Origin: an uncultured Chloroflexia bacterium
GTDB lineage: Bacteria > Chloroflexota > Chloroflexia > Thermomicrobiales > UBA6265
Assembly (NCBI GenBank): GCA_963724295.1
Contig: CAVRUC010000007.1
Location: 384,001-448,000, forward strand
Length of the DNA: 64,000 bases
Direction of reading: 5' to 3'
The notes under the pieces were generated by a model. It was not told where the DNA came from. It did not search any database and was given only the letters and a program-made list of their open reading frames with translations. Position 1 is the first letter of the stretch; every line of letters begins with the position of its first letter. A program made the position numbers and the translations under genes. Shown here in pieces: positions 31,807-41,689 of this stretch.

Positions 31807-32105
31807 ATGATGTTGCGGGGAGTCCACCGTCGCTGGAAACGATCGGCACTCTGGTCGAAGATGGAGCATTTGAAGAGACGCTTTCCGCGCTCGAGCTGGT
31901 AGTAGAGCATTTGGAGCGCGGGCGTCTCACCATGGAGGAGTCGATAGCTTGGTATGAAGCCGGGCTCGGGCTGATGCGTCGTTGCTCTCAGCTTCTCGAA
32001 CAAGCGGAGCTGCGCATCAGCGCGCTCGATGCCGCGAACCCGGCACGAGCCGGTAGCGACCGCATCATGAGCAATGACGATCCCTGGGACGCCGATGCCT
32101 CCTAG
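31803..32105 (+). CDS. xseB: Exodeoxyribonuclease VII small subunit
   Basis: FEETLSALE...LERGRLTMEESIAWYEAG...C..LL..AE. Follows xseA. Confidence 0.92.
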   Translation: MNDVAGSPPSLETIGTLVEDGAFEETLSALELVVEHLERGRLTMEESIAWYEAGLGLMRRCSQLLEQAELRISALDAANPARAGSDRIMSNDDPWDADAS

Positions 32106-32156
32106 CGTGTCGCGGACCTCCTGGCCCGCCCTCCCCGCGCGGGAGACACGGCGACG

Positions 32157-33221
32157 ATGAAACCCCATCTCATGCTCGAGCCGCTTCCCGCCGGAAAGCT
32201 GCCCGGCTGGCTTCTGCGCAAGGTGCTACCCGGGTCAGCCCGCGATCCCGACATTCTGGTTGGTCCCGGGCTGGGGAGAGACGCGGCCGCGATTGCCGTT
32301 GGCGAGCGTGTCGTGGTAGCCAAGAACGACCCCATCACCTTCGCTACCGAAGGTGGCGCCGCCCACTTGGTGGACGTGAACGCCAACGACGTCGCTTGCA
32401 TGGGAGCAACGCCGAGGTGGCTCCTTGTCACGGCGCTCTTGCCGCAGGGAGTAACGCCGGCGGACGTCCTCAATCAATTTGCCGAGTTGCGAGAGACATG
32501 CCGACACCGTTCCGTCGAGCTGATTGGCGGTCACACCGAAATCGTGCCGGGACTTACGCGGCCGATTCTGGTCGGCATGATGCTCGGAGACGCGGCTCCT
32601 CACGAGCTCATCCGGCCCGGGAAGGCCCAACCCGGGGATGTCCTGCTGGTCACGAAGGGACTTGCGATCGAGGGGACGGCTCTGCTGGCCAGAGAACGAG
32701 CCGGCGTGCTGCAGGAGCGGATCGGTAGCGACTTGGTCCAGGCCGCGGCACGTCTGCTGGACGAACCCGGAATTTCCATCGTGGCGGAGGCGGAAATCGC
32801 TCGCCGCACCGGCCAGGTCACCGCGCTGCACGATCCTACCGAGGGCGGCTTCGCCAGCGCGGTTCGCGAGCTGGCGATCGTCTCAGGAGCGGGAGTCGAG
32901 ATCGACGCCGAGGCAATTCCGATTCTGGAGGAAACACGCGCTTTGGCCGAAGCACTCGGTATCGATCCATTGGGAATGCTGGCGTCCGGATCGCTGCTGA
33001 TCGCAACCCGGGCGGAGGGCGTGCCATCGATCGTGCGCGACATCGAAGCTGCCGGGATTCCGGTCAGTGTCGTCGGCAGGCTGACCGAGGATCCACAGGA
33101 CGCGTCGCTCATTGACGGTGCGGTGAGACGCCCGCTGCCCGAGTTCGCGGTCGACGAGGTCGCGCGGGTGCTATCCGGGAGCGGGAACTCCGATTCCTCG
33201 TCCCCTCGTCCAGCTTCATGA
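32157..33221 (+). CDS. AIR synthase (PurM/HypE-like) family protein
   Basis: GKLP, GPGLGRDAA, NDPITF, NANDVACMGA, GGHTE, LHDPTEGG. Confidence 0.88.
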   Translation: MKPHLMLEPLPAGKLPGWLLRKVLPGSARDPDILVGPGLGRDAAAIAVGERVVVAKNDPITFATEGGAAHLVDVNANDVACMGATPRWLLVTALLPQGVTPADVLNQFAELRETCRHRSVELIGGHTEIVPGLTRPILVGMMLGDAAPHELIRPGKAQPGDVLLVTKGLAIEGTALLARERAGVLQERIGSDLVQAAARLLDEPGISIVAEAEIARRTGQVTALHDPTEGGFASAVRELAIVSGAGVEIDAEAIPILEETRALAEALGIDPLGMLASGSLLIATRAEGVPSIVRDIEAAGIPVSVVGRLTEDPQDASLIDGAVRRPLPEFAVDEVARVLSGSGNSDSSSPRPAS

Positions 33222-34171
33222 GTCTCCTTCTCGTTGGCAGCGTCAACGCTCATGTCGGTTTCCGTAACGGGATGGACATCCTCCAGTCGGGAGGATCGGC
33301 GATCGACGCCGTCGTCACCGCGATCGGGAAAGTCGAGGCAAACCCGGACGACCACTCCGTCGGCTTCGGCGGCCTGCCGAACCTCGAGGGTGAGGTCGAG
33401 CTCGATGCGAGCCTCATGGACGGCCGCACCTTGGGCAGCGGCGCCGTAGCGGCGTTGCACGGGTATCAGGACGCCATCGCCCTCGCTCGCGTCGTCATGG
33501 AGGAGCTGCCGCACGTTCTGGTTGTCGGCTCCGGCGCGAGCCGCCTGGCCAACGAGGCCGGTTTCCAGCGTCAGGATCTGTTGACGCCGGAAGCGCGGAT
33601 CATCTGGGAATCACCTTTCACCGAAGCCGGGACCGCCGACGCCTATCGCGAAAAGATGCGAGAGCTTGCCGGGCGGTTGAGCCGGGATCCGGAACGCCCG
33701 CACGATGCTCACGGGACCGTCAACGTCATCGCGCGCGATGCCGCCGGCAACCTGGCCAGCGGCGTAAGCACCTCAGGCTGGGCCTGGAAGTTTCCCGGGC
33801 GAGTCGGCGACTCCCCGATCATCGGGGCGGGCAACTACGTCGATAACCGCTGGGGCGCGGCGACATGCACCGGTCGGGGTGAGATGGCACAGCGATGCTG
33901 CACCGCTCACAGCGTGGTGACGTTCATGCGCTGCGGAATGTCGCTGGCCGACGCGTTAAGAATGGCGGCCGAGGATCTCCATCGACTTCCCGACGAGTAC
34001 CGAAGCGAAGTCAATATCATCGCCGTCGACCGGGACGGTCGACATTCGGCGGTGTCAACCTCACCGGGGAAGACGTACATCGCCATGTCCGGCAACGACG
34101 GAGAGATCGTCGAATTGCAACGCGAGTTCGTGGCACCACCACCCGGCACCCCAGCGGCAACCACAAGCTGA
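33218..34171 (+). CDS. Ntn-hydrolase, isoaspartyl peptidase/asparaginase type 2 family
   Basis: SVGFGGLPN...ELDASLMDG, HG|TVN autocleavage site, STSG...PGRVGDSPIIGAG, TGRGE. Confidence 0.9.
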   Translation: MSLLLVGSVNAHVGFRNGMDILQSGGSAIDAVVTAIGKVEANPDDHSVGFGGLPNLEGEVELDASLMDGRTLGSGAVAALHGYQDAIALARVVMEELPHVLVVGSGASRLANEAGFQRQDLLTPEARIIWESPFTEAGTADAYREKMRELAGRLSRDPERPHDAHGTVNVIARDAAGNLASGVSTSGWAWKFPGRVGDSPIIGAGNYVDNRWGAATCTGRGEMAQRCCTAHSVVTFMRCGMSLADALRMAAEDLHRLPDEYRSEVNIIAVDRDGRHSAVSTSPGKTYIAMSGNDGEIVELQREFVAPPPGTPAATTS

Positions 34172-34208
34172 GTCGTTTACACGACGCCCGCCAGTCGCGT
34201 CGGGGTGG

Positions 34209-36077
34209 CTAGACGTCCCGGTTCAGCGTCTCCAGGAACTCTTCGTTCGCCTGCGTCTTTGACAGCCTGCTCAAAAGGAGCTCAGTGCCCTCGCTGCCGC
34301 CAAGCATCGAGACCATCCGCCGCATCGTCCAGACCTGGCGCAACGTCGATTCGTCGAGCAAGAGCTCTTCCCGCCGCGTTCCGGAGCGCTGGATGTCGAT
34401 CGATGGATAGATGCGCCGTTCCGCTAGCTTGCGGTCCAGGTGCAACTCCATATTCCCGGTGCCCTTGAACTCCTCGTAGATGACGTCGTCCATCCGGCTT
34501 CCGGTATCGATCAAGCAGGTGGAGACCACCGTCAAACTGCCTCCACCCTCGATGTTCCGCGCGGCGCCGAAAAAGCGCTTGGGCGGATAGAGGGCGACGG
34601 GATCGATACCGCCGGAGAGCGTGCGGCCACTCGGCGGTACGGCCAGGTTGTAGGCCCGCGCCAGGCGCGTGATCGAGTCGAGCAGGATCACCACGTCCCG
34701 GCCGCCTTCGACCAGTCGCTTGGCGCGCTCGAGCGCCATCTCGGCGACTTTGGTGTGGTCCTCGACTGGTTCGTCGAACGTCGACGAGATCACCTCGCCT
34801 TCGATCGAGCGGCGCATGTCGGTGACTTCCTCAGGCCGCTCGCCGATGAGGCAGACCATGAGATGGATGTCCGGGCAGTTCGAGCTGATCCCGTTCGCGA
34901 TTGCTTTCAGGAGCATCGTCTTGCCGGCTTTCGGCGGCGAAACGATCAAACCGCGCTGCCCGCGGCCAATCGGCGCCACCAGGTTGAGCAGCCGGGTGGA
35001 GAGGATATTTGGCGCCGTCTCGAGGTTGATCAGCTCCAGGGGAAAGATGGGGGTCAGCGAGTCGAACGATGGACGCCGGCGCGCGGTTTCCGCGTCGATG
35101 CCATTGACGGCCTCCACGCGGAGCAGGCTGTAGAACTTCTCGTTGTCCTTCGGCGGGCGCACCTGACCGCTGATGCGGTCGCCAGTGCGAAGACCGAAGC
35201 GGCGAATCTGCGATTGAGAGACGTAGATGTCATCCGGGCCGGGAAGGAACCGCGGGCCCCTCAGAAAACCGAACCCATCTTCGATGATCTCGAGGATGCC
35301 GTCGCCGAAGATCTGCCCGTCTTTCTCCGTCTGGGCGCGCAGCAGCCGCACCATCTGTTCTTGCTTCGGCAGGCGGCTGAACGACGGAATCTCGAGGTCT
35401 CTGGCCATCTCGGCCAGCTCCTCGGCTGTCTTGGCCTCCAGCTCGGCAATGGTGATATGGGGTGGACCGGTTCGCGTGGGAGCAGCCGCTGCCGTGAACG
35501 GCGCGCCGTTCCGCGGCCGTGACTGACCGTATCCAGCCTGCCGGCCGTCGCGACCGTCTCCAGATTGCCGGCCGTCCCGGCCATCCCCGGCAAAGCGCTC
35601 GGCGCCATTGGAGCGCTCGCCTGGTGCAGGGCGCGGACCGCGGTCGCGCCTTCCTCGACTATCTCGAGTGCGATTTCGCTGGTTGAGATCGGAGCGGCCG
35701 TCGCCGGCCGGTTCGACAGGTCGTTCGATGGCCGGGGATTCCCACGCTGTGGCGGCTATCGCCGGCGCCTCCGCCGTCACGGCGTCGACAGGCGGAGCAT
35801 CGATAGGCGGAGGTTCGGAAACCGTAATCGGATCTCCGGTGACTACGGCCTCTGGTTCGCCGCTAGCAACGGATTCCTGGCTGGAATCGGTCGCTGCTGC
35901 TTCTCGAGCAGGCGATTGATCCGGCGATATATCTAGAGTCGCCACCGCTGTTGGCTCGGCGGCTCCGTCTCCTGTGCTCTCGGCAGTAGGCATCGCGGCT
36001 GCCCGCGGGCGCGGGGCTCTCCGGCGAGGCGTAGGGGTCGACACAGGCTCCGATTCGACTGTCTCGTCGACGGTCAA
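34209..36077 (-). CDS. rho: Transcription termination factor Rho with a long N-terminal extension
   Basis: [47 protein letters not shown] at 36077 is preceded by GGAGGG; alternative starts at 36092 and 36098. Confidence 0.97.
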   Translation of the reverse strand: MTVDETVESEPVSTPTPRRRAPRPRAAAMPTAESTGDGAAEPTAVATLDISPDQSPAREAAATDSSQESVASGEPEAVVTGDPITVSEPPPIDAPPVDAVTAEAPAIAATAWESPAIERPVEPAGDGRSDLNQRNRTRDSRGRRDRGPRPAPGERSNGAERFAGDGRDGRQSGDGRDGRQAGYGQSRPRNGAPFTAAAAPTRTGPPHITIAELEAKTAEELAEMARDLEIPSFSRLPKQEQMVRLLRAQTEKDGQIFGDGILEIIEDGFGFLRGPRFLPGPDDIYVSQSQIRRFGLRTGDRISGQVRPPKDNEKFYSLLRVEAVNGIDAETARRRPSFDSLTPIFPLELINLETAPNILSTRLLNLVAPIGRGQRGLIVSPPKAGKTMLLKAIANGISSNCPDIHLMVCLIGERPEEVTDMRRSIEGEVISSTFDEPVEDHTKVAEMALERAKRLVEGGRDVVILLDSITRLARAYNLAVPPSGRTLSGGIDPVALYPPKRFFGAARNIEGGGSLTVVSTCLIDTGSRMDDVIYEEFKGTGNMELHLDRKLAERRIYPSIDIQRSGTRREELLLDESTLRQVWTMRRMVSMLGGSEGTELLLSRLSKTQANEEFLETLNRDV

Positions 36078-36341
36078 GAGAGTTCCCTCCATGTCCACGC
36101 ATATGCAGTTGCAGATGAGGACTTAATCACGTTTCCACTTGGTTGAGCGTTCACGCTGCCGCCCAAACACGTCGCGGCTCGTCTCACCACGGTCGACAGG
36201 TTGGATTGCCATTGCAATGCCGATGTGGCACACGCTCTTCAGACACATCGAGAGAGAGGCACTGCAATGTCCGGCGCTCCAACAAGAGGAGAAAAAACGG
36301 CGGAGGGCGAGGTTTGAAATTGCCCCCGACGCGGCGAACTT

Positions 36342-36370
36342 ACTTTAGCACTGGGCGGGATACTCGTCAA
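36342..36370 (-). promoter_or_regulatory. Putative rho promoter
   Basis: TTGACG-17 nt-TAAAGT with an extended -10 TG on the minus strand. Confidence 0.6.
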
Positions 36371-36414
36371 CAAACCGCATCTTCGCCGGTTCTCCGCGGC
36401 GCTTCGCTCACCTC

Positions 36415-37398
36415 CTACCCGAACGGAACGCCATAGACATCGAGCTTGCTCGGCCGGTGCACGGTGTCGATGCGGCGGGTCGTGCCAAAGCGAGAGCGCA
36501 TCACGATCGACTGGGTGGTCGCGCCGCCGCCGAAATAGTGAACGCCCCTGAGCAACTCGCCATCGGTTATTCCGGTGGCGGCAAAGAAGACGTCGTCGCT
36601 GCGGACGAGGTCGGCACCACTCAACACGCGCGAGACGTCAATCCCATGCGCGTTGACGGCGGCCCACTCGTCCTCATTCCGCGGCCAGAGCTTGCACTGC
36701 ATCGCTCCGCCCACGCAGCGGATGGCGCAGGCCGCTACGACCGCCTCCGGCGCCCCGCCGATCCCCATCAAGACATCGATTCCGGTGCCCGGGGTCGCGG
36801 CCATGACCGCACCGGCGACGTCACCATCCATGATGAACCGGATGCGCGCTCCGGTCTCGCGAATCTCCTGCGCGAGCGACTCATGGCGTGGCCTGTCGAG
36901 CATGACGACGGCCAGGTCCTGGACGTCTCTGCTCAGCGCGCGAGCCACATTCTCCAGATTCGTCGCCACAGAGGCATTGATATCGATGGCGTCGGCCGCT
37001 TCCGGACCAACGGCGATCTTGTCCATGTAGGCAACGTACGGCGACTCGAACATGGAGCCGCGCTCGGAGACGGCAACCGTCGAGATCGAGTTTGCCATCC
37101 CCTGCGAGAGCAACCGAGTGCCATCAATCGGGTCGACCGCGATGTCGGTCTTCGGTTCGTCGGCGCAGCCCAGGTGCTCGCCCTCGAACAACATCGGGGC
37201 TTTGTCCTTCGCCCCTTCGCCAATGACGACGACACCGTCCATGGGGATCGTGTTCAGCACCATGCGCATGGCGTCGACGGCCGCCTGATCGGCCGCTTCC
37301 TTGTCTCCGCGCCCCATCCAGCGGCCCGCTGTCAGCGCAGCGGCCTCGGTGACCCGGACGAGATCGAGCGCGAGATTCCGACCGATTTCCTGTTCCAT
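36415..37398 (-). CDS. glpX: Class II fructose-1,6-bisphosphatase
   Basis: RVTEAAA, VIGEG..D.APML, DIAVDPIDGT, DGDVAG, FAATGITDG. Confidence 0.96.
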   Translation of the reverse strand: MEQEIGRNLALDLVRVTEAAALTAGRWMGRGDKEAADQAAVDAMRMVLNTIPMDGVVVIGEGAKDKAPMLFEGEHLGCADEPKTDIAVDPIDGTRLLSQGMANSISTVAVSERGSMFESPYVAYMDKIAVGPEAADAIDINASVATNLENVARALSRDVQDLAVVMLDRPRHESLAQEIRETGARIRFIMDGDVAGAVMAATPGTGIDVLMGIGGAPEAVVAACAIRCVGGAMQCKLWPRNEDEWAAVNAHGIDVSRVLSGADLVRSDDVFFAATGITDGELLRGVHYFGGGATTQSIVMRSRFGTTRRIDTVHRPSKLDVYGVPFG

Positions 37399-37406
37399 AG
37401 CACTCC

Positions 37407-40286
37407 TCACGCGCTGTGCAACGACCTTCCACCAGATGGCTGGGTCTCCCGCGTGGTCTCGAGCCAGTTCCGGGCAGAGCCAGGGAGATCCAGGACGCTT
37501 CCAACTTCAACCGAGCATTCTGGAAGTGACTGCAGGAACGTGGCCCCGTAGCGCTTCGTCAAGATGCGGCGGTCGAGCACCGCGCAGACCCCGCGGTCGC
37601 GGCTGGACCGGATCAGCCGGCCAAATCCCTGTTTGAACCGCAGCACCGCCTGGGGCACCGCGTAGCCGGCAAACGCATCCTCGAAGGCCTCGCTGCGAGC
37701 GGCGAATACCGGATCCGTGGGAACCGTGAACGGGAGCCGGGTGATGACTAGCAGGCTCAACGCCTCGCCGGCGACATCGACACCCTCCCAGAACGAGGCG
37801 GTGCCGAGAATCGCGACATTCGTCTCTCGCCTGAGGCGCTCCGTCAACTGCTGAGGCGAGCCATCCCGCCGCTGCGCGAGCACGGTGATGCCCCGGTCCT
37901 GCAATGGCCCTGTGATCGATCTCGCCATGTCGCTGAGTAGCGCATGCGACGTGAACAACACGAGCGCGCGACCGCGGGTGGCGTCGATGACGTCGATCAG
38001 GGTGCGCTCCAGCACGTCGCGATAGTCAGGGTTCGTTGGCTCCGGGGTGTCATCGGTCAGGTAGAGCAGTACCGACGACCGGTAGTCGAACGGAGACGGC
38101 ACGATCAACGAGGAGGCATCTGGAATGCCGAGGCGGGACGCGAGATAGCCGCAGTGTCCATCGACCGCGAGCGTCGCAGAGGTCAGAACGGCCGCTCTCG
38201 GTTTCTTGAAGAGGCGCTCCTGGAGGAGACCGCTGACATCGAGCGGGGCGGAGCGAAACACGATGCGATCGAGCGCCCCCTGCCGTTCGAGCCAGAACAC
38301 TCGACCCGCCTCAGGAGCATCGAGCGCGCTGGCGAACTTGCCCGCCAGCTCGGTCCCGATGCGAATCGTGTTCGCCAGATCGCTCAGGAGCAGCTCCTGG
38401 CGCTCGCCGGCCTCGGCGAGATCGGCAATGGCCACGTCGTCGACCTCGTCGACTGCTGAAGCAAACCAGCGCAGCGCCGACTCAGCCGAACGAAGTCCCT
38501 CCAGGAGCCGGTCCCACGCCTCATCAACGGTTTGCCAGGCAGGTGCGGAGCGAGTGGCCGCGGTCACCCGGCAGGCACGCTCTGCGCCGCCATTGCCGGC
38601 ACCGCTTTCGACCTGGACGTACTCCAATGCCGCAAAGAGGTCTCGACCCGCGGAGCGAATTGACGCTGATGCGGCGAGGGCATTGTCGAGACGCTCGCGG
38701 GCGAGTCGCGCGCGCTTCTGCCCCGCGCTGTCCGCGGCCGCGCCCATGAGAAACGCCACGGCGCCCGCGGCTACGCCCGACAGTGCCGCGCCGTCGTTGC
38801 CGGCCACGGCCTCGGCATACTCGGTGAGATTCCGCTCGCTCAACGTGACGGTGAATTGCGCCGTGGCCTGATCTTCCAGATGGTGCGCTTCGTCGACGAC
38901 GAGCGCGTCATAGTCCGGCAGGATGCGATTGCTCGACGCCGCGTCGGTCAACAGCAGCGCGTGGTTCACGACGACGAGGTGCGCGCTCTCGGCGGCCCGA
39001 CGGGCGCGAAAGAGGAAGCATTGATTGCGCTGATGGAAGACACATGCACCAGGGTCGCAGGCGCCTTCTTCTTCCGCAATCTGGCGCCAGAAGTGTTCCT
39101 CGCCGCCGGTCAGCCGCAACTCGGCGCGGTCCCCGGTCGTCGTCTGCGGCAGCCAGGCCAGGATCTTTGCCTTGAGCCGGGCTTCATTTGGTTCGAGTGA
39201 GTCCTGTCGCTCCCAGGGGAACCACTTTCGCAAACAGAGGTAGTTGGCACGGCCTTTCAGCGCGACGACGCCGACCTGTCTCTCGCCGTCAGCCTTGGTC
39301 AGGGCGGCGATCAGATCCGGCACATCCTTGCGCAAGAGCTGATCCTGAAGGGCCAGGGTGTTGGTCGACAGGACGACGGTCTCGCCGCGCTCGGTCGCGG
39401 ACAAGGCGGCGGGCACGAGGTACGCCAGGCTCTTCCCGGTCCCCGTACCGGCCTCCACCAGGATCTGGCCGTTGAGGTTGATCGCTTCCGCCACGGCATC
39501 CGCCATCTCCTCTTGCTGCCGACGGCGCTCGAAGCCCGCGATCACCTCGGAGAGCGTGCCCCGGGGCCCGATCACCTCCTGCACGACCCGAGGATCCACC
39601 GGCTCCAGCGATCCAGTCGGTTCGAGAGCATCTTCTCTGGCGCGCTCTCGCAAGAACGCGATCTCCGGCGGCATGAGTCGAGGGTGCTCACCCGGGCGGA
39701 AGCGCGCCGCGATCCGCGGCTCAAACAGCTCGGCGAAGTTCCAGCCCCCTTCGGAAACGTGGGTTGCCAGCCGTTCCAGCGTGACATCGTCGTAGGCCGC
39801 GATTCTCACCAGCAGCGCCTCGAACACGTCTGTGAGTGTGACCGCGGCAGTGCGCTGAGGGTCGTCGTCGCTCGAAGTGGCGCCGAGTGCCTCAGCGAGC
39901 GTGTCGAGGTCGGTCGCCGGCAATGCCGGAACAAGGATCGATGCCAGTTCGGCGGTATCGAGCGGAGCCTGTTCCAGGCGAACGCCTTCTGCCGCCAGGA
40001 CCGCTAGTGACCGGTCGGCGTCGTGGGTGACCAGCCGGCTGTTTCCGAGCAGCTCGCGCAGTCTGGCCGCAATCTCCGGCCATTCGGCCTCGAAAGGGCG
40101 ACCTTCGACGTCATTCAGTGCTGAATTCTGAGGATCGGAACCGGAGACCCTGGTGCGGACGACCGCGTCAAACCGCGTCCGGTCTCCGCTGGCATCGACG
40201 GCGACGGCGGATACGCTGCTCACCCGATCCCTTCGCGGATCAGGTCCAGTCGTGGTCAATGCCAGCGCAACAAACGGCAAGCTCAC
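37407..40286 (-). CDS. dinG: DinG family Fe-S helicase with a degenerate N-terminal exonuclease-like domain
   Basis: EAGTGTGKSLAY, KGRANYLC plus three more Cys, VVDEAHH, FWEGVD, QGFGRLIRS. Confidence 0.92.
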   Translation of the reverse strand: MSLPFVALALTTTGPDPRRDRVSSVSAVAVDASGDRTRFDAVVRTRVSGSDPQNSALNDVEGRPFEAEWPEIAARLRELLGNSRLVTHDADRSLAVLAAEGVRLEQAPLDTAELASILVPALPATDLDTLAEALGATSSDDDPQRTAAVTLTDVFEALLVRIAAYDDVTLERLATHVSEGGWNFAELFEPRIAARFRPGEHPRLMPPEIAFLRERAREDALEPTGSLEPVDPRVVQEVIGPRGTLSEVIAGFERRRQQEEMADAVAEAINLNGQILVEAGTGTGKSLAYLVPAALSATERGETVVLSTNTLALQDQLLRKDVPDLIAALTKADGERQVGVVALKGRANYLCLRKWFPWERQDSLEPNEARLKAKILAWLPQTTTGDRAELRLTGGEEHFWRQIAEEEGACDPGACVFHQRNQCFLFRARRAAESAHLVVVNHALLLTDAASSNRILPDYDALVVDEAHHLEDQATAQFTVTLSERNLTEYAEAVAGNDGAALSGVAAGAVAFLMGAAADSAGQKRARLARERLDNALAASASIRSAGRDLFAALEYVQVESGAGNGGAERACRVTAATRSAPAWQTVDEAWDRLLEGLRSAESALRWFASAVDEVDDVAIADLAEAGERQELLLSDLANTIRIGTELAGKFASALDAPEAGRVFWLERQGALDRIVFRSAPLDVSGLLQERLFKKPRAAVLTSATLAVDGHCGYLASRLGIPDASSLIVPSPFDYRSSVLLYLTDDTPEPTNPDYRDVLERTLIDVIDATRGRALVLFTSHALLSDMARSITGPLQDRGITVLAQRRDGSPQQLTERLRRETNVAILGTASFWEGVDVAGEALSLLVITRLPFTVPTDPVFAARSEAFEDAFAGYAVPQAVLRFKQGFGRLIRSSRDRGVCAVLDRRILTKRYGATFLQSLPECSVEVGSVLDLPGSARNWLETTRETQPSGGRSLHSA

Positions 40287-40317
40287 GTCGGGGTCTGGCC
40301 TTCTAGTGTCGAGGGGC

Positions 40318-41487
40318 CTAAAGGGCCCGCGCGGAAAGAGACTCGGCTAAGGCAAGGGTGAGCAACGCGAGTTGCGTGACTCCCTTTGCAACAGGCTCCA
40401 GGTCGATGAATTCGTCGGTACGATGCACGTTGCCGCCGGTGGTGAGCCCGATGCACACAGCGGGGATCCCCGCCGCGATCGGAACGTTGGCGTCGGTGCT
40501 CGACGCATCGAAGCTCGGTTCCAGACCGAGTGCCGTCAACGTACCCGCGGCGATCTGGACTATCGGGCTGTCACCTGAAACCACGCCGGCCGGGCGCTCG
40601 CCGATCGACTCGGCCGCGTAGACAACCGCATCCCCCCGATTGCTGCGCTCAACGAGTCGGGTCACCCGATCGCTGAGCCGGCGCAGCGCCGACTCGTCGA
40701 TCGATCGCAGGTCGAGAAGACACGACGCTTCCGGGGCGATTGTATTCACCGAGACACCGCCGTCAATCATGCCGACGTTCAACGTCGTCTTTGGTGAGCG
40801 AGGCAACGGGATCGCATCGAGCTCCGCAATCAGCCTGGACAATCCATGGATGGCGTTCGGGCGCCCGAAGTCGCCCCACGAGTGCCCACCCGGGCCCGTG
40901 ACCGTAATACGAAAGCGTCTGCTACCCACAGCAACATGCGTCACACGTCCCAGATTGTGGCCCTCCAGAGCCACGACTGCGCCGATGTCCGACCGGGATC
41001 CCAGCACTTCACGAATCCCCCGCAAGTTGCCCAGACCTTCCTCGCCAACATTGCCGGTGAGGAGGACATCAACGGCGGGCGTCTCGCCGGCAATCCGTAG
41101 CAGGTCGGCCAGCTTGATAGCCGCCGCTACGGCGATGCTGTTGTCTCCGACACCGGGTCCCGACAAGCGATCGGCGGACCGCTTGATCTCCAAAGGCGTG
41201 CCAAGCGGGAACACCGTGTCGATGTGCGCGGCGACAACGAGCCTCGACGTTCCGGGATAGGACTCCAACTGACCAGGAATCACGCCAACAACGTCGCCAA
41301 TCGCATCTCGCTCCGTTGCCAGGCCGGCGGTGGCGAAAAGCCGCTCGACGAGAAGCGACTTCGCACTCTCCTCGCCCGTCGGGGACGGCACCGCCGCGAT
41401 CAGTGCGGTGAGTTCAAGCACATCGGGAGTGACCGCATGGGCGGCAGCCCGCACGGCCTCGATCCGCTCTGGTGAGGCCAGGATCAC
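40318..41487 (-). CDS. M20/M25/M40 family metallo-hydrolase
   Basis: AHIDTVFP, GPGVGDN, GEEGLG, GGHSW, STDAN, HRTDE. Confidence 0.9.
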   Translation of the reverse strand: MILASPERIEAVRAAAHAVTPDVLELTALIAAVPSPTGEESAKSLLVERLFATAGLATERDAIGDVVGVIPGQLESYPGTSRLVVAAHIDTVFPLGTPLEIKRSADRLSGPGVGDNSIAVAAAIKLADLLRIAGETPAVDVLLTGNVGEEGLGNLRGIREVLGSRSDIGAVVALEGHNLGRVTHVAVGSRRFRITVTGPGGHSWGDFGRPNAIHGLSRLIAELDAIPLPRSPKTTLNVGMIDGGVSVNTIAPEASCLLDLRSIDESALRRLSDRVTRLVERSNRGDAVVYAAESIGERPAGVVSGDSPIVQIAAGTLTALGLEPSFDASSTDANVPIAAGIPAVCIGLTTGGNVHRTDEFIDLEPVAKGVTQLALLTLALAESLSARAL

Positions 41488-41689
41488 AAGCTCTCCGGCT
41501 CGCTTAACGGGTGTGGCTCACCGATGCGCGAACTCGCGCTGATATCCCGAAAAGCGCGACCACGGCCGTGAGCAGACTGCAATGGAATGATACCATTACC
41601 GACCATAAGATACTGTCGCTGCTGACCGTCACGCGACCGTTTCTGGTAATCAGCGGACACCGCCGCCATCATCGCACGGAGGTCTCACC

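Noticed and set aside
32157..33221. Calling this gene selD, hypE, thiL or purM
   Set aside because: No N-terminal Cys/Sec motif of SelD, no C-terminal PRIC of HypE, and no pathway context. Left at family level.
34440..37551. 360- and 364-aa plus-strand ORFs opposite rho and glpX
   Set aside because: Antisense shadow ORFs with no recognisable domain.
41581..41597. Imperfect palindrome AATGGAATGATACCATT upstream of sdhA
   Set aside because: Too short and degenerate to assign to a regulator without comparative data.
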